Assembly: GCA_038087875.1 (NCBI GenBank)
Contig: CM075979.1
Coordinates: 37,448,001-37,512,000, forward strand
Origin: Malacoraja senta
Lineage: Eukaryota
DNA length: 64,000 bases
Direction of reading: 5' to 3'
The translations under genes and the position numbers were made by a program. Each line of letters starts with the position of its first letter. Position 1 is the stretch's first letter. The notes under the pieces are model-generated. The model did no database searches and had not been told where the DNA came from. It worked only from the letters and a program-made list of their open reading frames with translations. Shown in pieces: positions 34,750 to 46,954 of this stretch.

Positions 34750-36250
34750 AGAAATAAATTGTTTTGCTGTCCACCCTAAGAATGGCGGCTTGTGAATTGG
34801 GGATAGGAGAAGATAATATACCTGATCCTTCTCAGGACATTTCAGAGCAGGGACAAGGGAAATTAATAAGCCAACAGTAGGAGCGAGAGCAGGAGCAAGA
34901 GCAGGAGCAGGAGAGAGTGTTGTCTTTCGAAAAGGAAACTGCTGAAATGGCTCTTAAAGGGAAGGTGCCAACGGAAATTAAATTGGGTAAATCGGATAAG
35001 AATGAGAAAGGGTTTGCACCCCTTGAAGGGAATAATATGCCAAACTGGGCAGAGTTTTTCTGAATAGATATAGAGCCACAGTGTCCACCAGAAAACTCTC
35101 ATGTTCCCAAATCAGAGAAACCGTGCGCAGCTTGAGAGCGGGGCATGAGGGAGGGGTCAACGTTAACTTCGACTCCTCCCCCTAAATTTGAATCTAACAT
35201 AGAAACATCGAGAAAAGATCATCTATCTCCTGGGATTGCCCCATGGGTGGAGAATAATAATAAGGGAAACCCAAGAAAAAGGCTTCATCGACATGGGTGC
35301 TGACATTTCTTAGGAATACCAGTAGTGAAAGAATAAAAGAATCCTTCTTGAGGTACCGGGATAAAACAAATAGCCTTTCAGGGGATGAGATAAAGGGAAA
35401 GTATGGGTGGATTGATCTGGACATGAATAATATTATGGTATCAGAACAACTCACCACAGAAGAGAATTTAGGAAGAAATCCACGTAGACAATGTGTGTGT
35501 AGGGAAATGCCCTCATCAGGTGTAAATGTTCCCCAGACCACAGACAAGCAAACATCGAGGCAGCCTAGTCTAATGGCAGCACGGAGGTTAGAGGTCCAAA
35601 TAAAGGAGATAAGAACGACTGAGGATAAGGAGGAAGAAGACCTCAAGGCCTGGATAGACCTCCCATTTACAGAACCAACCTTTCCTAGGTTTGGTTGCAG
35701 TTGAGCAATCCGGCCCAATCAATGTTTTAATTGTGGAGGACTTGGGCACTGGAGTCGGTCGTGTCCCATGAAGGTATATCATCGGGAAGGAAGGGGACAG
35801 AGAAGGAGGCCACGGGGTCACGGAAACCGAGGTTCCGGTGATCCTGAAGGTAGAGGACGGGCACACTGGCAGGGGGGTCAGGGAGACCAGGGGGAAGAGA
35901 CAGACCATCAGTCTGACCCATTTCGGTGGCTCTGACCTGCCAGTGAGCAACTATACCATACGATAAAAATTAAAAGGCGTCTCTGGCCTAAGAAACAGTA
36001 CTGTAACATCACCCCTTCCTAACCGGGAAAGATACATCGAATCTGACTCTCAGAGAATTCTCACTGAAGGAGGGAGAACGGCAAGAATAACATAGTAGCT
36101 AATGTGGGAAGAGATAACAACAGAGAAATGGAAATGGCACTAGGGAGAGAAGAAACAAACTTACTGTGAAGGAGGAATGGGAGTGGGGAAAAGAAGATAA
36201 TGAACTAATGTGTTGCTGAGTATTGTGCCTGCAGGACAGTGTGTCAACAA

Positions 36251-37592
36251 AAGTCAAGTCAAGTCACATTTATTTATATAGCACATTTAAAAAACAACTC
36301 TCGTTGGCCAAAGTGCTTTACATTTGTTATAAGAATAGCATAAACAAAACAAACTACATACATATATACATGTAGCCCTCACTCAGAGGACGTCAGGAAA
36401 GGCTTGGGAGTATAGATAAGTTTTTAGTCTTGACTTAAAAGAGTTGATGGAGGGGGCAGTTCTGATGGAAAAGGGGATGCTGTTCCACAGTCTAGGGGCT
36501 GCAACCGCAAAGGCGCAGTCGCCCCTGAGCTTATGCCAAGACCGTGGGATATTCAGCAACCCCAAGTCGGACGATCTGAGGGGCCTGGAGGTGGAGTGGT
36601 GGGTGAGAAGACTTTTTATGTAGGTGGGGTCAAGCCCATTGAGGGCTTTGTAGACATGGAGGAGGATCTTGAAGTTTATACGGAACCACACAGGGAGCCA
36701 GTGGAGAGAGGCTAGGATCGGGGTGATGTGGTCCCTTTTTCGGGAGCCCGTCAGGAGTCTCGCTGCACCTTTTTGCACTAGTTGCAGGCGGGACACGGAA
36801 GATTGGCTGATGCCAGTGTAAAGGGAGTTGCAATAATCTAGGCGGGAGCAGATGAATATGTGGATGATCTTTTCGAGGTCATCAAACTGGAGGAATTGTT
36901 TTATTTTAGCTATCGTCCGAAGCTGAAAGAAGGTAGCTTTTACCACGGCATTGACTTGTTTGTCAAATTTCAGTGCTGAGTCAAATATCACGCCAAGGTT
37001 TTTGACGTGAGGTTTGAGTAGTGGGGTAAGGCTTCCAAGGCTGCCTGCTATCATTTTGATTGAGTCCGAGGGGCCGAGAAGGATGACCTCAAACTTACTC
37101 TCGTTTAGTTGGAGGAAGTTCTGGGCCATCCAACACTTTATATCCTCGAGGCAGTGGGTAAGGTTAAGCAGATTTGATTGTTTTTTGGGCTTCAGGGGGA
37201 GATAGAGTTGTGTATCGTCTGCATAGCAATGGAAGGAAATGCCGTACCTTTCAATGACTTGGCCTAAGGGGAGCATATACAGGGAGAAGAGAATGGGGCC
37301 AAGGATGGAACCTTGTGGAACCCCATAGCAGAGATTAGCTGGGGAGGAGAAACAGTTGCCTATGTTAGTCGAGAAACTCCTATGTTTGAGGTAGGATATG
37401 AACCAGCTCAGGGCAGTGCCATCAATACAAACCCCATACCGGAGACGGTCAATTAGGATGGTGTGGTCAACAGTATCAAATGCTGCGCTGAGGTCAAGAA
37501 GGAGCAGAATTACACAGTCGCCGGAGTCAACGGTGAGCAGTAGGTCATTGTGTACCTTCAACAAGGCAGACTCTGTGCTATGGTGAGCCCTG
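36251..37592 (-). mobile_element. 5'-truncated L2 LINE inside the ERV
   Basis: LLDLSAAFDTVDH, GVPQGSILGP, YADD, SRLDYCNSL, HITPILASLHWLP; (TTGAC)n tail. Confidence 0.92.
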
Positions 37593-39844
37593 AGTCTATC
37601 TGGGGAGTGAGGTAAAAGAATGCACAGACCCCTAAGAACAAGAAGAAGACAACGGAAGGTAATGAAGCTGCCCAGAAAAAGGTGAGAATTGACACTGTCC
37701 TGCCCCTTTAAGACACTTGGGAAGGCCAGCAAGAAGAGCCTCAGTATCCCCACCCCCTAGCAAAAGACACCATCATTAGAAAGGAGGAAGAAACGATCTA
37801 CCCTGGTGCCTAACTCTAGAGCACCTAGCTACTGGAAGAATAAAAGGAAGGAGAATGAAGGACACTTTAAACACCTTTGAAGGAAATAACATCAACAACT
37901 TATAATGACTTCTGTGACAGACCTCACTCTAAAGGATTGATTTCGAATAAAATATTTCTCTGTGGTTTGGGGCAGAATAGCTGAATTGCGTCCAAATTAT
38001 GGGGTTAAAAATAAATTTATAAATTTTGGATTCGGTCTCGAAATTATATGGTGATGAATTGGAGGGACTTTAAAATGTTTAAGATTTGGAATAGACTTGT
38101 GGAATCTGACTTCGGACTAATTGGAGTTTGATGATTAACTGACATTGTTATTATCTCATCCTCAGAAAGGCAGACAAAGATGGAAAGGATTGTTCAAAGG
38201 GCATCAAGAAGGATGGAACTTGGGAAGATCTGGTAATAGGGAATTACTTAGGGAATATGAGAGTTAAATTAAAATCGGGATTACAATTGGAATTAAACTT
38301 GGAACTTAAAATGGGAATTGGAATTGGAATATAATTGGACATGGTCAAAAGAGGAACTGTGAGCAACAGGATTTCCCTTTAAGAGACATCATTCGGTGTC
38401 AGAGAACTATAGGAGTGAGAACCCCTAGACAACGAAGCCAATAGAATAAAAGACACCAAAGCCAATAGAATAAAAGCGAGAACCCCGAGACAGAGAACGA
38501 AGCCAACATCGCAAGAGTCAACATATAAGAGCTAATAGAATAAAGAACCAACATATTGGAGAATTAGCATGGTGACTAGTTATCATAGTGAAGAGTCTGT
38601 ACATAAATGAGAGAAACTGGAGGACAGACTTGGTTAACTGCAAAGGGGAAACTTGGATTGTCTTGGGAATAGCAGAGCCGATGTGTATTTGCCCGATGTA
38701 TTTGAATTGTTTAACCCTTGCTGGTATAGAGGCTTATATTATCAAGGTTAAAAGAAATTGTCCCTGGATTTGGCATTTTTTATTGGACAAGATGAAATTA
38801 GTAGTATAAGAAATTGATTGTTTGAACAGCTGGGAATTCCACAGGAATTGGAAGGGAATTGTATTATCGGCTACGATGCTGTGGAATGAAGAAGAGGAAA
38901 TGGGCATTGAAATTTGAAATGGTACATTGAAGGCTGAGACTGAATTGGGTGAAATTGGAACATTTATCATGGTTTGCTTCAAATTAGAGTCACGCCTGTA
39001 GGGGAATCTGGACTGAACCCAGCTGAAATTCATATGATTTCCTGTCACCAGATATACATAGTAACACCATGTGAAGATGAAGAAGGAGATTTAATGTCAA
39101 TCCTAGAATAATAAAGAGTGGGTTAGGTAACAGATAGGAATACAATATAATAGGTTCAATAGATAATAGAATAGGGCTAGGTTCAAGTGAAATAGAAATA
39201 GCGAATGTGTGGGAGAGCATGAGTGCATGATGGTAACTTGCTTTGTCCCAAGCTTCTTAGGATTTTCTAGGGTTTAGGTTCGACTGTGGAAGGTGATGGA
39301 AGACTGGGCAGGAACAAGGATGGAGGGAATTCGCGCCCACGAAAACTCGGGAGGTGAAGACTCCTCAGACAGGACTTGTGAAGTCATGCCCATGAAAACT
39401 CGGGACACTTTACAAGATTCTGAGAAGAAACAACAACATCTTGTGTTACTGATGGATGGGGAAATGTAAAGCACACTTAAGTATATCTGGTTAGCTGATT
39501 GCTGCACCACTTTGGTTATCATTTATGATGGGTTATCATAATGATACGAGGAAGGAATGTTAATCCTGGCTAAATTGGACCAGCTAGGACTTCAAAATGG
39601 GGTTAAGTTTCAGGGTTGCTGAGAGATTTGGTCAAATTGGAATTGCTCTCTGCAGAGCTGGGACAGGCTGTGAGAGGTGCCAGGGAGTCTGGAACTTAGA
39701 TACAATTTGCAAGCAAAGAATGGGAAGCCTTGCAAACCCTGTCAATCTGGTGCTAATTGCACAGAATGGATTGGATGGTTGCAAACCAGACATACACCTT
39801 GTAAATAATTTGTAAATAATGTTGCAGAGTCTGACTCTGCTAAG

Positions 39845-40079
39845 GTACACAAAAATGCTGGAGAAACTCAGCGGGTGCAGCAGCATCTATGGAGCGAAGG
39901 AAATAGGTAACGTTTCGGGCCGAAACCCTTCTTCAGAGGCTCAGGGTCGATCTTCTGGAAGAGCGCTCAGGACCGCGTACCCTTCTGGAGTTCCTCTGTC
40001 TGAGCAAGGCCGAAAGGGCTTGAACAGATAGACGCAAGGATCAAACCCGCGGTGGGATAGGTACAGTGTGTGATCCCCC
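39845..40079 (-). mobile_element. Penelope 3' tip with hammerhead core, fused to a 140-bp copy of the same LTR
   Basis: 39845-39937 matches the PLE end at 7414; 39936-40075 is identical to 40335-40474; 14-bp direct repeat CTGACTCTGCTAAG at 39831-39844 and 40080-40093. Confidence 0.88.
39906..39937 (-). ncRNA. Minimal hammerhead ribozyme core (PLE-associated)
   Basis: Minus strand CTGAAGA-A-GGG TTTCGG CCC-GAAAC GTT with palindromic AACGTT stem III; related copies near 7480, 45270 and 55330. Confidence 0.6.
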
Positions 40080-41209
40080 CTGACTCTGCTAAGTGTTGAT
40101 TGGATGGGGTGTTGAGCCTTGTCTGAGATTTCTGTTAATCAGGTTGAATGTTTCCAAGTTTACTTCATCTCTAAGTCCGTTGTGAATACAATGTATTGAA
40201 CTGTTGTATCATTGGGTTAGGGAAATGTCTGTTATGTATGGGATTAATCGATATCTGTAATTGGGTGATTAAGAGACAACCCTCGTGTGGTTCGACCTCT
40301 CAAGTTCCAGGGACATATAAAAGTCTGTGGTCACGAGGCTCAGGGTCGATCTTCTGGAAGAGCGCTCAGGACCGCGTACCCTTCTGGAGTTCCTCTGTCT
40401 GAGCAAGGCCGAAAGGGCTTGAACAGATAGACGCAAGGATCAAACCCGCGGTGGGATAGGTACAGTGTGTGATCTGTGACGCGCTTTTGGTAAAATAAAA
40501 TGTAGTTGATTCAAGTGCTTGATTCAGTGTTTTTACTGAAACTAGACTGGGGGGAAACTTAGAAACGAGATATTATCAGCCTCTACCACAGATGGGGCAA
40601 ATAGCAATGGAGGGGGTGGGCAGGTGTGTAGTGTATAAAGCGGTAATGCTGTTTCCACTGCATAGGCTTTTATGAACTGATGTATGGACACATGACAGGA
40701 ATTAAGTAGGGATACAGCATTTTTCAAAGAAGGCTTTAAAAGCATTCTTGCTATTTTTCCTCTACCCATCCAGTAAACTGTTTTGGTTTCAGCGCTTGGA
40801 ACAGAGTGCCAATTGTAGGAGTCTGGTGTTAGGCATGGGAACCCTAGTATAATTTGAACCACAGTTCTGGTGATGATTTCCTGACCAGACCACTGCTGTC
40901 AGTTCATTACTCTGCCAGTGGATTTGAAGGATTTTGTGGAGACAGCATTGCTGAAATAACCCCTGTTGTAGGTTGTTGTAGGTAGCCCGTCTCCAAATCA
41001 CTTGCAAGGGTAGGGATCACTGTTAGCAAGTAAACCATGCATATTGTTCTATATTTGTGGTTTCAACATGTCCCCTGCTACTGTAATTGTCAGTGATTAA
41101 AGACAAGTAAAGAATCCTAACTTTAGCCCAATTATCACCCAGAGCCCAGAGTGAGTGGAGTAAATCAAAGCCAAAATGTAGGGTTATATTACTAAGGCCT
41201 CACTAGACT

Positions 41210-44200
41210 CCAGGATTGTGAATCAAGAACCAGAGGAAATCGGTTTAAGGTTAGGGGGGGGGGGAGATTTAATAGGAACCTGAGGGGGTAACTTATTTTT
41301 TTATACAAAGGGTGATATGTATATGGAATGCGCTGCCAGAGGAAGTAGTTGAGGCAAGTACTATCACGTTTAAAAAACATTTGGGCAGGGGATGCCTCCA
41401 TTATGTCCGGAAACGTGGATGACGGGCAGGACTTCAGGTCAGACTGAAGCGCAGGGGACTTCGGCCCACTCTCCCTACTATCCTACTGGCCAACGTACAG
41501 TCCCTTGAAAATAAAGTGGAGGACTTAAGGGCAAGACTGCTTTATCAAAGGGAGCTGAGGGAATGCTCTGTGTACTGTTTCAGAGACATGGCTCCCCAGA
41601 CTCAGCGGTCCAGCCTGAAGGGTTCTCCATCCACCGTATGGACAGTACACTGGCATCTGGGAAAGGGAGAGGAGGGGGCGTCTGCCTCATGGTCAACTCT
41701 GCGTGGTGCTCAGACGTGGCAGTCCTGTCCAACTCCTGCTCTCCACACCTCGAACATCTGGCGGTGAAGTGCCATCCCTTCTACCTCCCAAGGGAATTTA
41801 CCTCCATCATCATGACCGCGGTCTACATCCCACCCCAGGCAGACGTCCGTCTGGCACTGGAGGAGCTGCACGCCGTGGTCAACAAACACCAGACGTCTTA
41901 CCCCGAGGCGTTCACCACCATAGCCGGGGACTTCAATAAGGCAAACCTAAAGAAATCACTCCCTAACTTCCACCAACATGTCTCCTGCTGCACCAGAGGA
42001 CCAAACACCCTCGACCACTGCTACACGACCATCAAGAATGCCTATCGTTCTATCCCTCGCCCTCACTTCGGTAAATCCGACCATACCGCGGTGCAGTTTC
42101 TTCCTGCCTACAGGCAGCAATTAAAGAGCGCACCCCCAGAGGTGAGGACAGTACAGAGCTGGTCGGGGGGGGGGGGGGGGGCAGAGGAACAACTCCAGGA
42201 CTGTTTGGAGTCTGTAGACTGGGCAATGTTCAAGGACTCGGCAACAGACCTGAACGAATACGCCACAGTCGTTACAGACTTCATTACGAAGTGTGTGGAG
42301 GACTGCATCCCCACCAAAACCTTCCGAGCGTTTCCCAATCAGAAACCTTGGATGAACTTTGAGATTCGCACTCTTCTGAAGTCCAGACACCGGGCATTCA
42401 TGTCTGATGATACAGTGGCCTACAAGAAGTCCAGATACGACCTTGGTAAGGCCATCAAAAAGGCCAAAAGGGACTTCTGCTCCAAACTAGAGGAAGAGAC
42501 AGATGTTCGGCGGCTGTGGCAGGGCCTGAATGCAATCACCTCTTACAAGGCGAAATCAGGAGGCAGCTCGAATGTCGGCGAAACATCACTCCCTCATGAG
42601 CTCAATGCGTTTTACGCACGCTTTGATAGGGAGAACACCGATGTGCCTTGCCGAGCCCCCATTCGCTGTGATGGTATTTCAGTCTCAGTCACAGAGGCCG
42701 ACGTCAGGAAATCCTTCAGAGGGTTGAACCCTCGAAAAGCGCCTGGACCTGATGGTATACCGGGTCGTGTTCTAAAAACCTGTGCGGACCAACTGGCTGG
42801 AGTTTTTACGGACATTTTCAACCTCTCACTTTTGAGGTCTGAGGTTCCCACCTGCTTCAAAAGGGCATCAATATACCAGTGCCCAAGGTGACGTACCTCA
42901 ATGACTATCGACCTGTGGCATTAACGCCTGTGGTGATGAAGTGCTTTGAGAGGTTGATCATGACGCAGATCAACTCCTACCTCGACAAAAACCTGGACCC
43001 ACTGCAGTTCGCTTACCGCCACAACAGATCAATGGTGGATGCGATCTCGCTGGCCCTCCACTCCGCTCTGGACCACTTGGACAACAAAAACTCATATGTT
43101 AGGCTGTTATTCATCGATTACAGCTCGGCATTTAACACAATCATCCCCTCCAAGCTGGTTACCAAACTCGCAGAACTGGGTCTCTGCGCATCCCTCTGCA
43201 ATTGGATCCTCAACTTCCTCACTCTCAGACCACAGTCTGTTCGTATTGGTGGAAATGTGTCAGACTCGATAACAATTAGCACGGGAGCACCTCAAGGCTG
43301 CGTGCTCAGCCCCCTGCTGTACTCACTCTATACTCATGACTGCGTAGCCAGACATAGTGCGAACTCCATCATCAAGTTCGCTGACGACACCACTGTTGTG
43401 GGACGTATCACTGATGGGGATGAGTCAGAGTATAGAAGAGAGATCGAGCAACTGTCCATATGGTGCCAGCACAATAACCTGGCCCTCAACACCAGCAAAA
43501 CCAAGGAACTGATTGTGGACTTTGGAAGGAGTAGGATGGGGACCCACAGTCCCGTTTATATAAACGGGTCGATGGTTGAAAGGGTCAAGAGCTTCAAATT
43601 CCTGGGCGTGCACATCTCTGAAGATCTTTCCTGGTCCGAGAACACTGATGCCATTATTAAGAAAGCACATCAGCGCCTCTACTTCCTGAGAAGATTACGG
43701 AGAGTCGGTTTGTCAAGGAGGACTCTCTCTAACTTCTACAGGTGCACAGTAGAGAGCACGCTGACCGGTTGCATCGTGGCTTGGTTCGGCAACTTGAGCG
43801 CCCTGGAGAGGAAAAGACTACAAAAAGTAGTAAACACTGCCCAGTCCATCATCGGCTCTGACCTCCCTTCCATCGAGGGGATCTATCACAGTCAATGCCT
43901 CAAAAAGGCTGGGAGTATCATCAAAGACCCACACCATCCTGGCCACACACTCATCTCCCTACTGCCTTCAGGTAGAAGGTACAGGAGCCTGAAGACTGCA
44001 ACGACCAGGTTCAGGAACAGCTACTTCCCCACAGCCATCAGGCTATTAAACCTGGCTCGGACATAACACTGAACTTTATTAGCCAATACTGTTATTTGCA
44101 CTTTATCAGTATATTGATTCATGTGTGTATATATTTATAGAATGCCTTGTAGTCAATGCCTACTATGTTCTGTTGTGCTGAAGCAAAGCAAGAATTTCAT

Positions 44201-44305
44201 TGTCCTATCAGGGACACATGACAATAAACTCACTTGACTTGACTTGACTTGACATGCATAGAATAGGTTTAGAGGTATATGGGCCAAACCTAAGTAGGTA
44301 GGACT
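41210..44305 (+). mobile_element. CR1 3' fragment split by the Rex1-like LINE (pieces 41210-41389 and 44253-44305)
   Basis: CR1-type 3' sequence (..ctgccagaggaagtagttgaggc..aaacatttgggcagg | acatg..ataggtttagaggtatatgggccaaac). Confidence 0.7.
41390..44252 (+). mobile_element. Rex1/Babar-like LINE (APE endonuclease + RT, frameshifted)
   Basis: GKGRGGGVC, AVYIPP, GDFN, LDHCY, SDH; [24 protein letters not shown]; (CTTGA)n tail. Confidence 0.88.
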
Positions 44306-44994
44306 GAAGGCTAGGACCATTTCAATTCAGGTCTCACTAAAGACTACATTGGAACAACGTACCGAAGACTGAAGGACATGCATGTTGACATACTTAGGGA
44401 GTTGTTCAGCCTAAGTTTCTGTAGGATGTTTAAAGGCAAATCCAACTGTAATCTTGCACACAATCTCATTTGGATCATGAAGCCCTAACTTTCCAGCACA
44501 GAATTGGTGGCCAGCTACAAGTCAAAACTCATGGAAATGCCCACAGTACAATACCTAATGGCAGATGCCACAACCTTCATTCTAGCATACACAGAAGTCT
44601 CTGAACATCTATGCTGCACTGAGGTTCTGACATAAACATAAATTCAGACTATTACCATCACAGCTTTGGATCCCACTATTGGTATTGGCAGCAGCAGATT
44701 GCTAGGCCAACTGAGGCTGAAGGTTGTGGTTGAAATAAACATGAGGTTTGCTGAATATTGACAGATATCCTGGTTTCCTTGGTGCCTTCCTCTCATGTTG
44801 CTCCAATTACATGTTGTTGCAGCAGAAGCTATTTGCATCATAAGGAACCCAGCACACAGTGCATTTTTTCTTAAAATGGGGACTCTAACCCCAGCCAAAT
44901 GGATTACCCTTCATAATACATCTGTGGTTGAACACCTGTTCATGCCTGTGCCCTTGTAGTTAGATTGCGTTGCTGCAAGGTTACACTCCAATAC

Positions 44995-45175
44995 GTTTCA
45001 AGTTTCATCTTCAGGATTGAGCACAATAAAGTCAACATCGTAAATCTCCTCTGAACCCTTTCCAGCTTGACATCTTTCCTATAACATGGTGGCCAGAACT
45101 GAACACAATACTCTAAATGCAGCCTCACCAACGTCTTATACAACTGCAACATGACCTCCCAACTTCTATGCTCAC
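44995..45175 (-). mobile_element. CR1 fragment
   Basis: [19 protein letters not shown]. Confidence 0.8.
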
Positions 45176-45225
45176 ACATTGTCACCCATGTTAACTGGAT
45201 ACCCAGAGATGTTGATGATGTGGAA

Positions 45226-45420
45226 ACTTAGCGGGTGAGGCAGCATCTATGGAGCGAAGGAAATAGGCAACGTTTCGGGCAGAAACCCTTCTTCAGACAT
45301 TTCGTTTCGGCCCGAAAAGCTGCCTATTTCCTTCGCTCCATAGATGCTGCCTCACCCGCTGAGTTTCTCCAGCATTTTTGTTTACCTTCGATTTTCCAGC
45401 ATCTGCAGTTCCTTCTTAAA
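45226..45420. mobile_element. Inverted pair of Penelope terminal fragments (hairpin)
   Basis: gcgggtgaggcagcatctatggagcgaagg... and its reverse complement, joined at the hammerhead core. Confidence 0.8.
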
Positions 45421-45479
45421 CAAGATGTTGATGTGTGAGGATCTGTTTTCCAGGTTCCTGCCATCAAAATATTGTTCAA

Positions 45480-45770
45480 TGAAGAGACAGAAAAATTATA
45501 TTATATCATTTTGGAAGAACCTCAATGTCACTCAGCTTTTTTTTATTAGATCACCAGATCTTTTGACTAGTCTCTTTTATTTTTAGAATAGACAATGAAA
45601 GGCTTAAACATTTTTGGCCAAGGTTATCCTTGAATGTCTTGAAGCTGAAGCAATTTTTTTATTCTTCCTGATGAATGTGCATGAGGGCATCCTCTTCCAA
45701 AATATGCAGTCTCATCCATGTTATAGTTATTTAGAAGAGAAGCCCCCTGCATTGAAGGCACTGTGTAGTC
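45480..45770 (-). mobile_element. Tigger/pogo (TcMar) transposase fossil
   Basis: Minus strand NMDET..FWKRMPSCTFIRKNKKIAS..FKD resembles pogo/Tigger N.DETGLFWKKMPSRTFI...GFK..KD. Confidence 0.65.
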
Positions 45771-46089
45771 AGCAAAAAATTATGACAAAAAACGCATGCT
45801 TGACTAATCTACTAGAGTTCTTTGAATATGTCATTGATAGATTCGATGAAACCAGTGGATGTGGTGTATTTAGATCTTTTGCTAAGATCTTACGCAAAAC
45901 ATGGATTAGTTTAGCAATTCAGCGTGGAAACAGGCTTTTGGTCCCACCGAGTCCACTCTGGCCACTGATCACCCATTCACGCTGGTCCTATGTTATCCCA
46001 TTTTCTCATCCCGACCCTACATATCACCGACAGCAGCTTCCATTGACGGTGAGGATGCAACCGCAAGAACATTGCTAGAAAACTGTGCT

Positions 46090-46450
46090 TTCTGATGCCC
46101 GGGGCAACGAGGGGGGAGGAGGCCGCTGCGAGGCAACGATGCAGGCAGGCGGGCGGGCGGGCGGGGGGGGAGGGGCGGCGCGAGGCTACGGACCGGCGCA
46201 TCCCAGCGGCCTCGCGCGCGGCCGGGTGTAGAGTGCAGGCGGCTCCCGGGCGAACTCCTTCGGGCCGCGGCAGGTGCGTTTCCCCAGCCTGGCGGCTCGG
46301 CTCGGCGCGGCCCCTCGGTTTGTTCAGGTGGTGCCGTGGACCTCTCCGTACTCAGGAGCGGCCACAGTGCCGACCCGCCTCTCGGATGTGGGCGTTTTTC
46401 GCCGCTGCTGGAGATGGCGGGATTGGACGCAGGCGTGGGGTGGGGATGAA
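46090..46450 (+). promoter_or_regulatory. CpG island, candidate host promoter or non-coding first exon
   Basis: Dense undecayed CpGs, GC boxes (GGGCGG), donor-like CAG|GTGCGT at ~46273; not part of any repeat seen twice in the window. Confidence 0.55.
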
Positions 46451-46954
46451 TGGGGAAGGGCACTCGACGAGTTAATCGATATACTTTTATGTGGAGAGCA
46501 AAGATACTAGCAATTTTAGATACTAAAGATGCTCCTGTAGTATCTTTGGTAGAAAGGGACGTGGGATCAGTCTGTAGGTGCGGGTTGCCCATGACCTTTG
46601 GGAATAATGGAGCTGGCGCAAGGGCATTGATCAACTACTTTCCACGTCCAAGACCAAAGAAATAGGCCGCCTGGACACTCTTTCTTACCATTCCCCGTCC
46701 TTAGGTTCTGGAATTTGAACCAGATCCAGTCATTTAGTCTTTCAGAATTTGCCAACTAGAAGTAGAAGCTAGAGAAAAGTCAGTGTGACTCCCATGTTCA
46801 TAAAGAGAAGAAGGCAGGGAAGTATTGGACCATTTAGTTTAATATCTATTGCTGGCATGGTGTTATAGGGGGGTTGCACGTAAGGTCATCAGGTCAAAGG
46901 GCATGATGCACGGAGTAGCGCAATCCTGGAGTACAAGCCAGCTTCCGGCATACA

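Larger units (their letters stand above)
30858..40578 (+). mobile_element. Endogenous retrovirus-like provirus (class I, gamma/epsilon-like), apparently non-autonomous
   Basis: 5' LTR 30858-32518 and 3' LTR 39558-40578 (TG...CA); PBS TGGGGGCTCATCCAGGAT; PPT GAGGAAGGAA; GCCT 4-bp TSD. Confidence 0.88.

Noticed and set aside
36383-37753. 456-aa RT ORF as the ERV pol or as a signal-peptide fusion protein
   Set aside because: It is an antisense L2 LINE RT; the N-terminal ~55 aa are chance read-in from ERV flank
38588-38809. Possible retroviral integrase C-terminus (IKVKRNCPWIWH)
   Set aside because: Similarity too weak to support without a profile search
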